A DNA stretch of 60,153 nucleotides from Nitrospinota bacterium (GCA_030754595.1 JASLZZ010000098.1:1-60153); one strand, 5' to 3'. Shown: positions 1 to 9,908, counted from the stretch's first letter. The notes: generated from the sequence alone by a model not told the origin. Program-made: numbers and translations.

Positions 1-13
1 GGAGGATTACCCC

Positions 14-538
14 ATGAATATCGACTCAAGAGTGCAGAAGTTAGAAAAACAAATCAAAAACCTCAAGAAGATGCTCGGGGGCGTAGCCGCTCTCGCCCTC
101 GCCGCCCTGATTGGCGGGACGGTGCTGGGAGTTCACGCCGCCAGCGGCACCTTCAACAACATTACGGCTAAGAACATCTTCCTCAAAGACAACAGCGGGA
201 AACTTCGCGTGGCGCTCAAGGGGAGCAAGGGCAATTTGTATCTCTATGACTCCAGCGGGAAAGCTAGAGTGACGCTCAGCGGGAAGAATGGCATTTTGTA
301 TCTCAAAGACTCCAGCGGGAAACCTCGCGTGGGGATCTACGGGAACAATGGCATTTTGGAACTCAGAGACTCCAGCTGGAAAACTCGCGTGAAGCTTACC
401 GGGAGCAATGGCATTGTGAAGACTTGGAAATCCAACGGACAGGTTTTGCATGAGCTTGGCAAAGGTTCTAATACCTCGGGTCCTCATACTCACCCCGTGG
501 CAAAACATAAGCATACCGCCACTACGACGATTAGATAA
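14..538 (+). CDS. Hypothetical membrane-anchored/exported protein with 20-aa beta-repeats and a C-terminal HxH pair
   Basis: GGAGGA RBS at 1-6; N-terminal heptad segment IDSRVQKLEKQIKNLKK; hydrophobic segment LGGVAALALAALIGGTVLGVHA; repeats of type LYLKDSSGKPRVGIYGNNGI; C-terminal HTH..HKH; terminator downstream. Confidence 0.8.
   Translation: MNIDSRVQKLEKQIKNLKKMLGGVAALALAALIGGTVLGVHAASGTFNNITAKNIFLKDNSGKLRVALKGSKGNLYLYDSSGKARVTLSGKNGILYLKDSSGKPRVGIYGNNGILELRDSSWKTRVKLTGSNGIVKTWKSNGQVLHELGKGSNTSGPHTHPVAKHKHTATTTIR
181..420 (+). repeat. Four imperfect 60-bp tandem repeats inside the first CDS
   Basis: Units starting at 181, 241, 301 and 361 align in register (ctcaaagactccagcgggaaac.tcgcgtg...gggaacaatggcattttg). 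Confidence 0.95.
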
Positions 539-546
539 TATTTAAA

Positions 547-1296
547 TTACCCTGCCAAAACCAAACACCCCTCCTCGGCATCCGTCGGGGAGGGTTTCTT
601 TTTCCCTGGGATGACTTCCCCCCCAAAAAGCGCGTGAAGGAACTGATTGCCTCTCACATCATTTTCCATGGCTTCCAGCTCGGCCTGGTCCGGCGTAGTG
701 ACAATGAGCGGCGGCGCCCCCGGCATTTCGAGCGACCGGGGGCCGGGCTGATAGGCGGTTGTCGCCTTGATGGTCGTCACACCCGCTGCATCCGGTCCCG
801 CGGCGTGCCCGACTGGCCAGAAAACGGAAGTGTAGCTGAGAAAACCAAACCGCACTCCGCCTCGCTCAATCAGCGCCGGGCGCCGCGCTTCCTCGAGGTT
901 GCGTCCCGCTCCGCAGTGGCCAATTCCGGCGGAGTCGAGTGTAGACAGGGAATTGAGAATTGCCTCGCTTCCGTAGGTTACGTTGCTTGCGCAACTCACG
1001 GCCGCGAAGCCGGCGGCCTCGAGTCCCTTCACCATCTCCGGGTGGGAGTGATGCCATAGATATTTGTGCGGAATGTCCGGATTCGCGGGGTCAGTGGATG
1101 GCGTTGAAAGCGGGCTCTCGAGCTGCCCAAAAAGCAGATCGGCGGAATTCAACACGGGCATGACATGCTTGAAAGCCTCCGCCGGGTCGATCCGGTTCTG
1201 AATATTGGTGTCCCCTACGAGAAGCATTTTTACATATTCGCCTTCCGTAGCGATTTCCCGTGGCCATGCCTCTATTTCCTTGATTGTTGAAGTCAC
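547..1296 (-). pseudogene. CapA/PGA_cap family metallophosphoesterase-fold protein, C-terminally truncated
   Basis: LLVGD, FGQLESPL, GFAAVSCASN, GAGRNLEEARRPA and GFLSYT motifs; homology stops near ENDVR; the HWG and GHHPH motifs are missing; the tail reads through the neighbour's terminator; GTG start with GGAG RBS. Confidence 0.75.
569..603 (+). terminator. Rho-independent terminator of the first CDS
   Basis: Stem CCCTCCTCGGC/GTCGGGGAGGG followed by TTTCTTTTT. Confidence 0.75.
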
Positions 1297-1586
1297 CGCA
1301 TAAGCTCCTGCATAAGACGAAAAAAATCATAAGGCGACAAATTTCCTGTCTGGTGAGGCGATGTGCCAAAAACCCATCTCGCTTCAGCCAAACGGTCGTC
1401 GCAAGTTCACCGGTATGGGACAAAGTTTACCCGATATTTTCCCCGGTAGGCAGGGAAATTGACAGAGAAAGGTTGGCGGGAGACCCTACCCGTCTCAAAC
1501 AATTTTCTTTTTTACCGAGGCGCGTTTCAGGTGATCGAAATTCCCCGGTTTTTGAGGGAATGCCGGTGCATAAGAAGGGAAACGTC

Positions 1587-3923
1587 ATGACAGATGAGCG
1601 GGGTGAACAGAGTAAGCCGTTTTGTCTTGAAGAAGCGACGATTGACGAGTTGCACGACGCGATTAAGTCGGGGCGGACCACCTGTGTCGAAGTTGTTCAG
1701 CACTATATAGACCGTGCGCGCGCCTATAACGGAGTCGCCAGCTTGCTGGTCACCGAGGACGGCGCTTCCGTCCCGGAATCGACGGGCGCCGTTCGCGTGA
1801 AGGCGCCGCTGCGCTTTCCGACGAAAACCGTCAAGGCTTCCACGTTTCTTCCCGATCTCGATAAATACAAAGGGCCACCGCTCGAATACGGCCGAATGGA
1901 GGCGACGGCATCGGATCCGAAAGTGCAGCAGCAATTCGGAATGATCGCCGGCATCCCGAATGCCGGACAGGTGAATGCCCTGGCCACCCTCAACATACGG
2001 GGCGAGCGTTCGGTCACCTGCCGGGGAGATTTCGACCGGCATCCTTCAGAAGGCCCGCTTCCCGGAGGCGCGCCTCCGGTGTGTGAAGTGTTCCGCCGGC
2101 TGCCCGACGCGCTAGAGCGCGCGGCCGAGCTCGACGCCGAGTATGGACGCAATCCCGATCTCGAGAAGATGCCGATGTACGGGGTCGTATTTTCTTTCAA
2201 AGATCCTTTCGACACGAAAGACATGCGATCCACGGGCGGCGGGGACGCGGACTACGACATCGATTTCCCCGCGCGCGATCACGTATTAGTCGAACAACTC
2301 CGCAACAAGGGCGCGATCATCTTCGCCAAGGCGGTCAACACGGAATATAACGGGCGGGCGGGCGATCCGAGCGGGCGCCACAAACCCAAAAAAGTGTTGC
2401 CCTCGATACTCGGCTATCAACGCAGCACATGGGCCGGAAATCCCTCCAACCCCTACGACACGACACGCGCGGCCTCGCTTGGCTCGAGTTCCGGGTCGGC
2501 ATTGTCGGTCAGCACTAATCTGGTGATGGCCAGCCTCGGCGAGGAGACGCGGGCGTCAACCCGCGGACCATCTAATCACAATGCAGTAGCGCTGATACTG
2601 CCTCACAAGTCGATGCTCGGCTTTGACGGCGGTGCCATCGGCGCGGACATTTACTGCGACCGCAGCGGCATCCACTGCCGCACTATCGGCGATTGCGCCA
2701 AGGTTCTCGACGCCCTGAAGGATCCTGTCGAAGGGTATTACGATCCGCGCGACCCCTTCACTACCGTGCCTCGCTCGTCGGTGTTGAACACGCCCTACGC
2801 GAGACACACGGCGGAGCCGGGGACCCTCAATGGCATGCGCCTCGGTATCATCCGGGAATCCATGATTTACCCGCCGGGCTCGAAAACCGAGGAGCCGATT
2901 GTTACCGCCGCCGCAAAGGAGATCAAGGATATCCTTGGCGACAAGTTGGGCGCGACGCTCGTGGAATCGACCGATCCCTTGTGGATACCGGATCCCGACA
3001 TCGAGACGATGAAAACGGATTTCAGGCGCGCCCTCGCCAGGCTGGTGCCCGTGTTCATGCCCGAGTTGTTGTTCAGGCTGGGTGCGGACGGAGAGCCCGT
3101 TTTTAAGGAATTCGCGGCGGCGATTGTTTCGACCGAGTTCATGCCCGGTAAGTTCTTCGGGGGGGGGGGCATGGCACCGATCGACTATATGGTCGCGATG
3201 GCGGAAGGATATATCGAGCCGCCATCGAACCTCGACATCCCCACCGTCCAGGAGCAGGAGTTGGCGATGTCGTTCAGGTTCCATATCCCTCAATACCTGA
3301 AACGCCGGGCCGCGGACTGGAAGGCGCGTGGATTCGATGAAACGATCACCGATTTTCCCGCTCTCAATGCACGCTCCAAGTTTTGGGGAGACGATCACCG
3401 CGCCGCTTTCAAGAATTGGGAAGAGGTGGCCGACCCGCGCAATCCGCATGGAGAGCGTCAGGGCGTCAACGAGCGCATCATGCTTCGCGAATTGCTGCGC
3501 CGGTTGGATATGATGGTGCTTCTCGAGAACCATCTGGATGCGCTCGTCCGCTTGCACACGCCTTGGCCGCCGGCATTAATCGGCGGAGCATCACAGTACG
3601 ATATCCGGAACAATCTGCGCCCCGAATCGTACAACGGCCCGAATGCGGGTCTGACGGAGATTCTGATCCCGGCGGGCTATGTCACAACCGCCTACGACCC
3701 GGTTTTTGGGCTCAGCGCGGACGGCAAGCGCTATGTATCGGTCCCGTCCGACGTGCCCACCACCATACCGGAGCCCGGTTTGCCCTTCTCCCTGGTGTTC
3801 CGGGCGGAGCCGGGCAAGGAGGATGTCATTCTGAAGGTTGCCTCGGCGTATGAGGCCGCCTCGAAACGCCGCGTTCCGCCGCCGGCATTTGGGCCGTTGC
3901 CGGAGAACTCCACCGGATCCTGA
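1587..3923 (+). CDS. Amidase signature family protein (long form, 778 aa)
   Basis: EEATIDELH N-terminus; Lys in FSFKDPFDT; GSSSGSA; GEETRASTRGPS; ATG 1587 chosen for the AAGGGA RBS. Confidence 0.9.
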   Translation: MTDERGEQSKPFCLEEATIDELHDAIKSGRTTCVEVVQHYIDRARAYNGVASLLVTEDGASVPESTGAVRVKAPLRFPTKTVKASTFLPDLDKYKGPPLEYGRMEATASDPKVQQQFGMIAGIPNAGQVNALATLNIRGERSVTCRGDFDRHPSEGPLPGGAPPVCEVFRRLPDALERAAELDAEYGRNPDLEKMPMYGVVFSFKDPFDTKDMRSTGGGDADYDIDFPARDHVLVEQLRNKGAIIFAKAVNTEYNGRAGDPSGRHKPKKVLPSILGYQRSTWAGNPSNPYDTTRAASLGSSSGSALSVSTNLVMASLGEETRASTRGPSNHNAVALILPHKSMLGFDGGAIGADIYCDRSGIHCRTIGDCAKVLDALKDPVEGYYDPRDPFTTVPRSSVLNTPYARHTAEPGTLNGMRLGIIRESMIYPPGSKTEEPIVTAAAKEIKDILGDKLGATLVESTDPLWIPDPDIETMKTDFRRALARLVPVFMPELLFRLGADGEPVFKEFAAAIVSTEFMPGKFFGGGGMAPIDYMVAMAEGYIEPPSNLDIPTVQEQELAMSFRFHIPQYLKRRAADWKARGFDETITDFPALNARSKFWGDDHRAAFKNWEEVADPRNPHGERQGVNERIMLRELLRRLDMMVLLENHLDALVRLHTPWPPALIGGASQYDIRNNLRPESYNGPNAGLTEILIPAGYVTTAYDPVFGLSADGKRYVSVPSDVPTTIPEPGLPFSLVFRAEPGKEDVILKVASAYEAASKRRVPPPAFGPLPENSTGS

Positions 3924-4011
3924 TCCGATTTAGGTTTGGCGCTCCAATGATTGGAAGAAAAGACGGCCGCTTGAAGTGTTTTTCCGTTTTGAAATTTGAG
4001 GGGAGGCGAAC

Positions 4012-4995
4012 ATGAAAGCGATGAGAGTACATGCCTACGGCGATAGGCTGGATGAACCCATGGTGCTCGATGAGATTCCGGAGCCGCGTCCCGGTCCCGG
4101 TGAGCTTCTTATCAAGGTGAAGGCGGTTGGGGTGAATCCCGTCGATCTCTCAATCCGGAGAGGGCTCGCCAACTATGTATCTCATCTCGAGCTGCCCCAC
4201 CTTCTCGGGAGCGAGATTTCCGGTGAAGTCGTCGATTGGGGCGAGAATGTCTCGGGTTTCGATAGAGACGAGAAGGTATTCGGATATGACGGCCAAAGAG
4301 AGGCGTATGCGGAATATGTGGTTCTGAAGGCCGATTTTGTCTCCCGGCTTCCCGACGGCGTTTCTTTTTCAGATGGCGCGGCGCTTTCGGTGGCTTTCCA
4401 GACTGCCTGGCATGCGCTTGTCATTCAGGCGAAAGCGGGACCCGGGGAGACAGTTCTCGTTCACGGGGGAGCGGGGGCCGTGGGCATCGCGTCAATCCAG
4501 TTGGCCAAAGCCATCGGCTGCCGCGTCCTTACGACTGTGAGTTCTGTGGAGAAGGCCGAATTTTGCCTCTCGTACGGCGCGGACGAGACGATCAACTACC
4601 GCGAGGAGGACTTTGCCGGCCGCTGCAAGGAGTTGACCGGCGGCCGCGGGGTGGAGGTCATCGCTGAAGTGGCCGCCTGCGACAATTTCGACCGGGATCT
4701 CGACGCCGTGGCCCCCAGGGGCCGGATTGTTCTGATCGGAATGGGTACGGGAAAGGGCCCGATGACGGAGTTCCGGGTGCCGGGTGTATTGGGCAAGAAT
4801 CTGGCCGTGTACGGGATAGCGGCTAAAAATCTGGAGCCGATCATGTCCGATGTTATCGGCGGCCTGGATCGGATGTGGGAGGCCCACAATTTTCGGGTCC
4901 CGGTGGACCGGGAAATGCCTCTGGAGAGTGCGAACGAATGCCACAAAATTCTTCAGAGCGGAAAATTCATGGGTAAGCTGGTCCTGACTGTTTAG
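4012..4995 (+). CDS. NADPH:quinone reductase / zeta-crystallin-like MDR oxidoreductase
   Basis: GVNPVD, LGSEISG, VLVHGGAGAVG, INYREEDF, GKLVL; GGAGG RBS. Confidence 0.9.
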   Translation: MKAMRVHAYGDRLDEPMVLDEIPEPRPGPGELLIKVKAVGVNPVDLSIRRGLANYVSHLELPHLLGSEISGEVVDWGENVSGFDRDEKVFGYDGQREAYAEYVVLKADFVSRLPDGVSFSDGAALSVAFQTAWHALVIQAKAGPGETVLVHGGAGAVGIASIQLAKAIGCRVLTTVSSVEKAEFCLSYGADETINYREEDFAGRCKELTGGRGVEVIAEVAACDNFDRDLDAVAPRGRIVLIGMGTGKGPMTEFRVPGVLGKNLAVYGIAAKNLEPIMSDVIGGLDRMWEAHNFRVPVDREMPLESANECHKILQSGKFMGKLVLTV

Positions 4996-5236
4996 GGAGG
5001 AAACCGTTTGCCCTCCGTGACGTTGGATGGAGGAGGCGCCCAAGAGGGTATCTTTTTGACGACTTTATTGACTTCTCGTGGGGAGCGCCGCCGAGTAAGG
5101 AAAAAAAGGTCTGAATTTGCTAAATTGAGAGCACAGCCTCATAATTCCGAATATCATCAATAATTGGTTTTTTGGAGCATGGCCTTTTTTGTGCTCCCGG
5201 CACTCATTTTTCGACAATTTTTTATTTGAGGTAACG

Positions 5237-6430
5237 ATGGATTTTTCCCTGACTGACGAGCAAAAGGCACTACAGAGCCTGGCCCGCGATTATGTCGATC
5301 AACATGTGCGCTCCGCTGCGGCCGAATTCGACAGGCAATCCGATCCCGTGGATTGCATACCCTCCGATATCGTCGAGGAAGGCTCCAGGCTGGGGCTCAG
5401 GACTCTCGCTCTGAGCGAGGAGCGCGGCGGCGGCGGCGCGGATATGCTCACGCTCTCCATCGTCGGTGAAGAGCTCGGGGCCGGAGATCTGGGCGTCGCC
5501 GCCACTTTCGATCAAACCTGGAAATTCACGCCCATTGTCGAGCACTGGACGAACGATGAGCAAAAGGAAATGTTCATTCCCCCGTTTCTCGCCGACAACC
5601 GCTATCACCTTGCGACCTGCATGACCGAACCAGGCGCAGGGACCGATCACGTTCTCCCTTCCACCGCCCCGGGCGCGGGAATCCAGATGCGCGCGGAGCG
5701 CGACGGCGATATTTACCGCCTGAACGGCACGAAGCAATTCATCAGCAACGGGGGGACGGCCAAGCTTTATGTGGTTTACACCCGGACCGACAAGACCCAG
5801 GGAGGCCTCAAGGGGATGACTCCCTTTCTCGTCCCCGCCGATACCCCCGGTTTCACCGTCAGCCGGATTCACGACAAGATGGGGCGCCGCCTACTGAGTA
5901 ATGCGACCCTGGTTTTCGAGGACGCCGAAGTCCCGGCCGCCAACCGGCTCGGCGAGGAAGGCGGGGCCGAGGCTCTCCGCAACAGCCGGATCGCCCGGGG
6001 AAGGGGTGGCTACGGGGCGACCGTGTTGGGAGTGAGCCGGGCTGCCTTCGAGGAGGCCGTCCGGTACTCCAGGGAGCGGGTCCAGGGCGGAAAGCCCATT
6101 GGCCAGCATCAGGCCGTCGCCCAGATGATCGGAGATATGTATACCCGCCTGGAGATGGCGCGGTCCGTTCTTTGGCGGACATCCTGGGCCGTGGACCATG
6201 CGGACGACTACGATCCGAGGATGTCCTGGCTTACGAAAGTGGTTTGCTCGGAGGCGGCGTATGAAATCTGCCGCCTGGCGCTGGAGGTTCACGGAGGGAT
6301 GGGCTACATGCGGGAGTGTCCCGTAGAGAAATATCTCCGCGATGTGATTTCGTTCCTGCACGGAGCTGGAAACAACCACATTTTCCGGATCAAGATTAGT
6401 TCCCGCATCACGGGTCTTCCTCTCGAGTGA
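5237..6430 (+). CDS. Acyl-CoA dehydrogenase family protein (no canonical catalytic Glu)
   Basis: MDFSLTDEQ, MTEPGAGTD, LNGTKQFISNG, KMG, RVQGGKPI, HGGMGY; GAGG RBS before ATG 5237. Confidence 0.9.
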   Translation: MDFSLTDEQKALQSLARDYVDQHVRSAAAEFDRQSDPVDCIPSDIVEEGSRLGLRTLALSEERGGGGADMLTLSIVGEELGAGDLGVAATFDQTWKFTPIVEHWTNDEQKEMFIPPFLADNRYHLATCMTEPGAGTDHVLPSTAPGAGIQMRAERDGDIYRLNGTKQFISNGGTAKLYVVYTRTDKTQGGLKGMTPFLVPADTPGFTVSRIHDKMGRRLLSNATLVFEDAEVPAANRLGEEGGAEALRNSRIARGRGGYGATVLGVSRAAFEEAVRYSRERVQGGKPIGQHQAVAQMIGDMYTRLEMARSVLWRTSWAVDHADDYDPRMSWLTKVVCSEAAYEICRLALEVHGGMGYMRECPVEKYLRDVISFLHGAGNNHIFRIKISSRITGLPLE

Positions 6431-6556
6431 ACCGGGAGGTTGATGCGGCGGCAGAATAGATTTTCGATAGGCGATGGGCGTTCTGTCAACGAGGGTCAAC
6501 AAGCCGGAAGCGATAGGCCTTCCAGGTGCGGACTCTCAACAAGGGGAGAGAATCCA

Positions 6557-7774
6557 ATGAGAATAAGAACTATACGTTGGCTTAGCGTTGTTGTGGGGCT
6601 GGTGTTTGCTTTGGGGGTTGTTCTCTCGGCCTTGCCAGCAGCGGCGGCGAAAAAGCCGTTGGTGATCGGCACGGCCATCTCTCTTACCGGGAAAAGAGCC
6701 AAGTCGGGGTTATTGACCCTCCGCGGCTACGAGATGTGGCAAAAAGATGTCAACGCCAAAGGGGGGCTCCTGGGCCGCAAGGTGAAGATCAAGGTCTATG
6801 ACGACGAGAGCAACCCCACGACGGGCGCGAAGCTCATGGAGCGCCTCATCACGCTCGACAAGGTGGAATTCATATTCGGGCCCTTCAGCAGTCCGGTGAC
6901 CTACGCGACCAGTACGGTCACAGAGAAGTACGGGTTCCCGATGATCGCGGGTGGCTCGAGCAGTTCCAAGCCCTTTTCGCGGGGCTACAAGTATCTCTTC
7001 CAGGTGATGCGGGTGAACAACGACTCCCATTTGGGGAATCTCACGCTGCTCAAACAAAAGGGAGCCAAGAGCGTCTCGGTCATCCACTCCGCCAGCATCT
7101 ACCCGGCCTCGCTCGCGAAGGGTGTGGTACGGCTCGCCAAGAAGATGGGCTTCAAGGTCCTCTCTGTCGACAAGTACCCGCCCAAATCGACGGACTTCAC
7201 ATCACTCCTCATCAAGGCAAAGGGCCTCGATCCGGACGTGCTTTTCTTGTTCGGCTACTACCCGGACGGGCTGGCAATCACCAAGCAGGTCAAGGAGCTG
7301 AACCTCAACCCGCGCCATCTCGGGGTGATGCTAGGGGCCTCCTACGACGAGTTCGGCTCCGATAAGGGTATGGGCAAAGACTCTGATTTCGTCGGCGGCT
7401 ACTCGGGCTGGGAGCCCTTTTTGGACACGCCGGGAAACAAGGAGTTCGTGAAGAAATACTTCCAGCAATACAAGGACGACCGCTTCCTGGACTCGCACGT
7501 CATTTACGGCTACCTCTGCGGCCAGGTGTTGGCGCGAGCGGCAAACGAGGTCGGCTCTATGGATCGTGACAAAATACGCGACGCGATCGCGAAGATGAAA
7601 TTCAAGAGCTATATGCCGGGCCATTTCGAGGTGGACCCGAAGACCGGCATGCAGATCGGGCACGAGTGGGCCTCCTTTCAATGGCAAAACGGAAAGAAGG
7701 TCATCTTGTGGCCGAAAAGTGCGGCCACCGGCGAACTCCTTTACCCTGCGCCCTCGTGGAAAAAGCGGAAATAG
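6557..7774 (+). CDS. Branched-chain amino acid-type ABC transporter substrate-binding protein
   Basis: Signal peptide ending PAAA; ISLTG, NAKGGLLGRKV..YDDES, IFGPFSS, QWQNG. Confidence 0.9.
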   Translation: MRIRTIRWLSVVVGLVFALGVVLSALPAAAAKKPLVIGTAISLTGKRAKSGLLTLRGYEMWQKDVNAKGGLLGRKVKIKVYDDESNPTTGAKLMERLITLDKVEFIFGPFSSPVTYATSTVTEKYGFPMIAGGSSSSKPFSRGYKYLFQVMRVNNDSHLGNLTLLKQKGAKSVSVIHSASIYPASLAKGVVRLAKKMGFKVLSVDKYPPKSTDFTSLLIKAKGLDPDVLFLFGYYPDGLAITKQVKELNLNPRHLGVMLGASYDEFGSDKGMGKDSDFVGGYSGWEPFLDTPGNKEFVKKYFQQYKDDRFLDSHVIYGYLCGQVLARAANEVGSMDRDKIRDAIAKMKFKSYMPGHFEVDPKTGMQIGHEWASFQWQNGKKVILWPKSAATGELLYPAPSWKKRK

Positions 7775-8050
7775 GCTGCTTCCCATTGCGGGGAAGGGAA
7801 AAAGCGCGGACAGCAGCTTCCCGGCGGGCCGGGAAGCCCATTCATCGCCCGGCCCGCCCTTCCCGGTAATAGGGGTCAATTCTCCGTTTATTGCTGCGCA
7901 GCGGTACGAGCCCCGGGAGTTAGCCTCGGGGACTCAACTCCTCCGTGGCGCCTTCGAGGTTTTGGGGGTAGGGGGCGTCCTTCGTCCAACGGATAAAATC
8001 CACCGGACATGACCGGTTCGGCATGGGCTTTGTGTAGGAGCGTTTGATTT

Positions 8051-8938
8051 ATGTTCACGGACGGGATGGGGTTGATGCTCTCCCAGGCGGTCTTGAGCGG
8101 CCTCCTGATAGGCGCGGTTTACTCGCTCATGGCCCTGGGTCTCACCCTGACATTTGGCGTGATGCACGTTATCAACATCGCGCACGGCGCGATGCTCATG
8201 CTGGGAGCCTACACCAGCTTCTGGCTCTTTCACCTTCTCGGGCTGAACCCCATTTTATCCATCGTGTTCTCCGCGCCGGCTATGTTCGCCCTGGGCGCCC
8301 TGCTGGAGAAGTGCATCATCGAGCGGATTGTCGAGAACATTGAAACCACCTCCCTCCTGGTCACTTTTGGAATTTCGGTTTGTATCGTGAACCTTGCCCT
8401 ATGGCTGTGGACGGCCGATTTCAAAGCCATACCCTACCTTACGGGGTCTTGGCTTGCCGGGGGGCTGGTGTTCCCGAAGTCCCGCATGGTTGGAGCCGGA
8501 CTCGCCCTGCTGTTCACCGTGATCGTTTTCTTCTTTCTGCGGATTTCCCGGCTCGGGAAAGCCATCCGCGCGACCGCGGGCGATCACGATCTCGCATCGA
8601 CGTGCGGGATCAACGTTCGTCGTATTTATCTCATCACCTTCGGATTGGCGAGCGCCATGGGCGCGGCGGCCGGCGCGCTTGCCAGCATCATGTTCGCCAT
8701 CTACCCCGAGATGGGCGAGACCTACTTGATGCGCTCGTTCACGGTGATCGTCCTGGGAGGGATGGGAAGCGTCTTGGGCGCGATGGTGGGCGGAATTTTG
8801 CTGGGCGTGATCGAGGGCGTGGGAAGCCTTTATCTCTCGGGCGAGGGCGGGGGCGCCATTCACTACATTATTCTACTCCTCGTCCTTCTCCTGCGGCCGG
8901 CCGGCCTCTCCGGCTCTTTCGGCCAGCATTCTGATTGA
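8051..8938 (+). CDS. Branched-chain amino acid ABC permease (LivH-like)
   Basis: ALGLTLTFGVMHVINIAHG, GKAIRA, IVLGGMGS, LRPAGL. Confidence 0.92.
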   Translation: MFTDGMGLMLSQAVLSGLLIGAVYSLMALGLTLTFGVMHVINIAHGAMLMLGAYTSFWLFHLLGLNPILSIVFSAPAMFALGALLEKCIIERIVENIETTSLLVTFGISVCIVNLALWLWTADFKAIPYLTGSWLAGGLVFPKSRMVGAGLALLFTVIVFFFLRISRLGKAIRATAGDHDLASTCGINVRRIYLITFGLASAMGAAAGALASIMFAIYPEMGETYLMRSFTVIVLGGMGSVLGAMVGGILLGVIEGVGSLYLSGEGGGAIHYIILLLVLLLRPAGLSGSFGQHSD

Positions 8939-8942
8939 GCCG

Positions 8943-9872
8943 ATGAACATCAAAATCGGAATTGCTTTTATCGCCTTGATAATCTTCTCGGTCTATCCTT
9001 TCCTCGTGGGGCCCTACTACATCTCCATGGGACTTCTTATTTTCATGTATATCGCCATGGCGGGGGGGTGGAACTTCATTTCGGGTTATACGGGCTACGT
9101 CTCTCTGGGGCACGTGGTTTTTTTCGGTACGGGCGCCTACGCGACCGCCTTGCAAATTACATATTGGAACATCCATTGGTTCCCGGCCTCCCTCATCGGC
9201 GGTGTGTGCGCGGTGATTCTGGCCCTGCCCGTCGGGGCGCTTTGCCTGAGGCTGCGGGGGCCTTACTTCGCCATCTTCATGATCGGATTCAACGAACTGA
9301 TGGCCATACTGGCCTCGATATTCGAGGACGTTACGGGGGGTGCCGAAGGCATCTCGCTTCCCATAGTGCGCCACATCATCCCGATCTATTTCGCGATGGG
9401 GGGGGTTGTTGTCGGACTCCTGTTCGTGGCTTTGTGGCTCGACTCCAGCCGGTTCGGCCTCAGAATTTTGTCCATTCGTGAAGACGAAGCCGCGGCTGAA
9501 ACGCTCGGAATCAACACCACACGCTACAAGCTCTTCGCTTTCATTCTCAGCGCGTTTTTCCCCGGGGTTGCGGGGGGGATTTACGCTTGGTACATCTCCT
9601 ATATCGATCCTGAAACCGTGTTCAACATTCTTTTCAGCATCCAAATGGTACTCATGTGCATATTGGGAGGCAGAGGAACGGCGTGGGGGCCGGTGGTCGG
9701 CGCTACCATTCTCTACCTCATCACCGAGTTCACCTGGGCCAACTTTCCGCACTTTCACCATTTCATTGCGGGCGTTCTCATGGTTGTGGTCGTGCTTTTC
9801 GCTCCGAGGGGAATCATGGGTTACCTGTTCACCAGAGGCATTTTGCAGCCCCGGCCGTCGTTCCGAAATTGA
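8943..9872 (+). CDS. Branched-chain amino acid ABC permease (LivM-like)
   Basis: GYTGYVSLGH..FFGTGAY, LRLRGPYFA, IREDEAAA, ILGGRGT..GPVVGA, APRGI. Confidence 0.92.
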   Translation: MNIKIGIAFIALIIFSVYPFLVGPYYISMGLLIFMYIAMAGGWNFISGYTGYVSLGHVVFFGTGAYATALQITYWNIHWFPASLIGGVCAVILALPVGALCLRLRGPYFAIFMIGFNELMAILASIFEDVTGGAEGISLPIVRHIIPIYFAMGGVVVGLLFVALWLDSSRFGLRILSIREDEAAAETLGINTTRYKLFAFILSAFFPGVAGGIYAWYISYIDPETVFNILFSIQMVLMCILGGRGTAWGPVVGATILYLITEFTWANFPHFHHFIAGVLMVVVVLFAPRGIMGYLFTRGILQPRPSFRN

Positions 9873-9908
9873 GGCCCTCGGTTTTGAGGGGAGACGGGGG
9901 GGAAGGGT

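Noticed and set aside
181..420. CRISPR array or DGR template/variable repeat
   Set aside because: The units are contiguous, in-frame coding repeats with no spacers, the differences are not adenine-specific, and no cas or reverse transcriptase gene is present.
1284..1586. N-terminal ORF-track extensions (also 5189, 6440, 11269, 35999, 45701, 51107, 59127)
   Set aside because: Non-homologous upstream sequence; downstream starts fit family N-termini and mostly have better RBSs.
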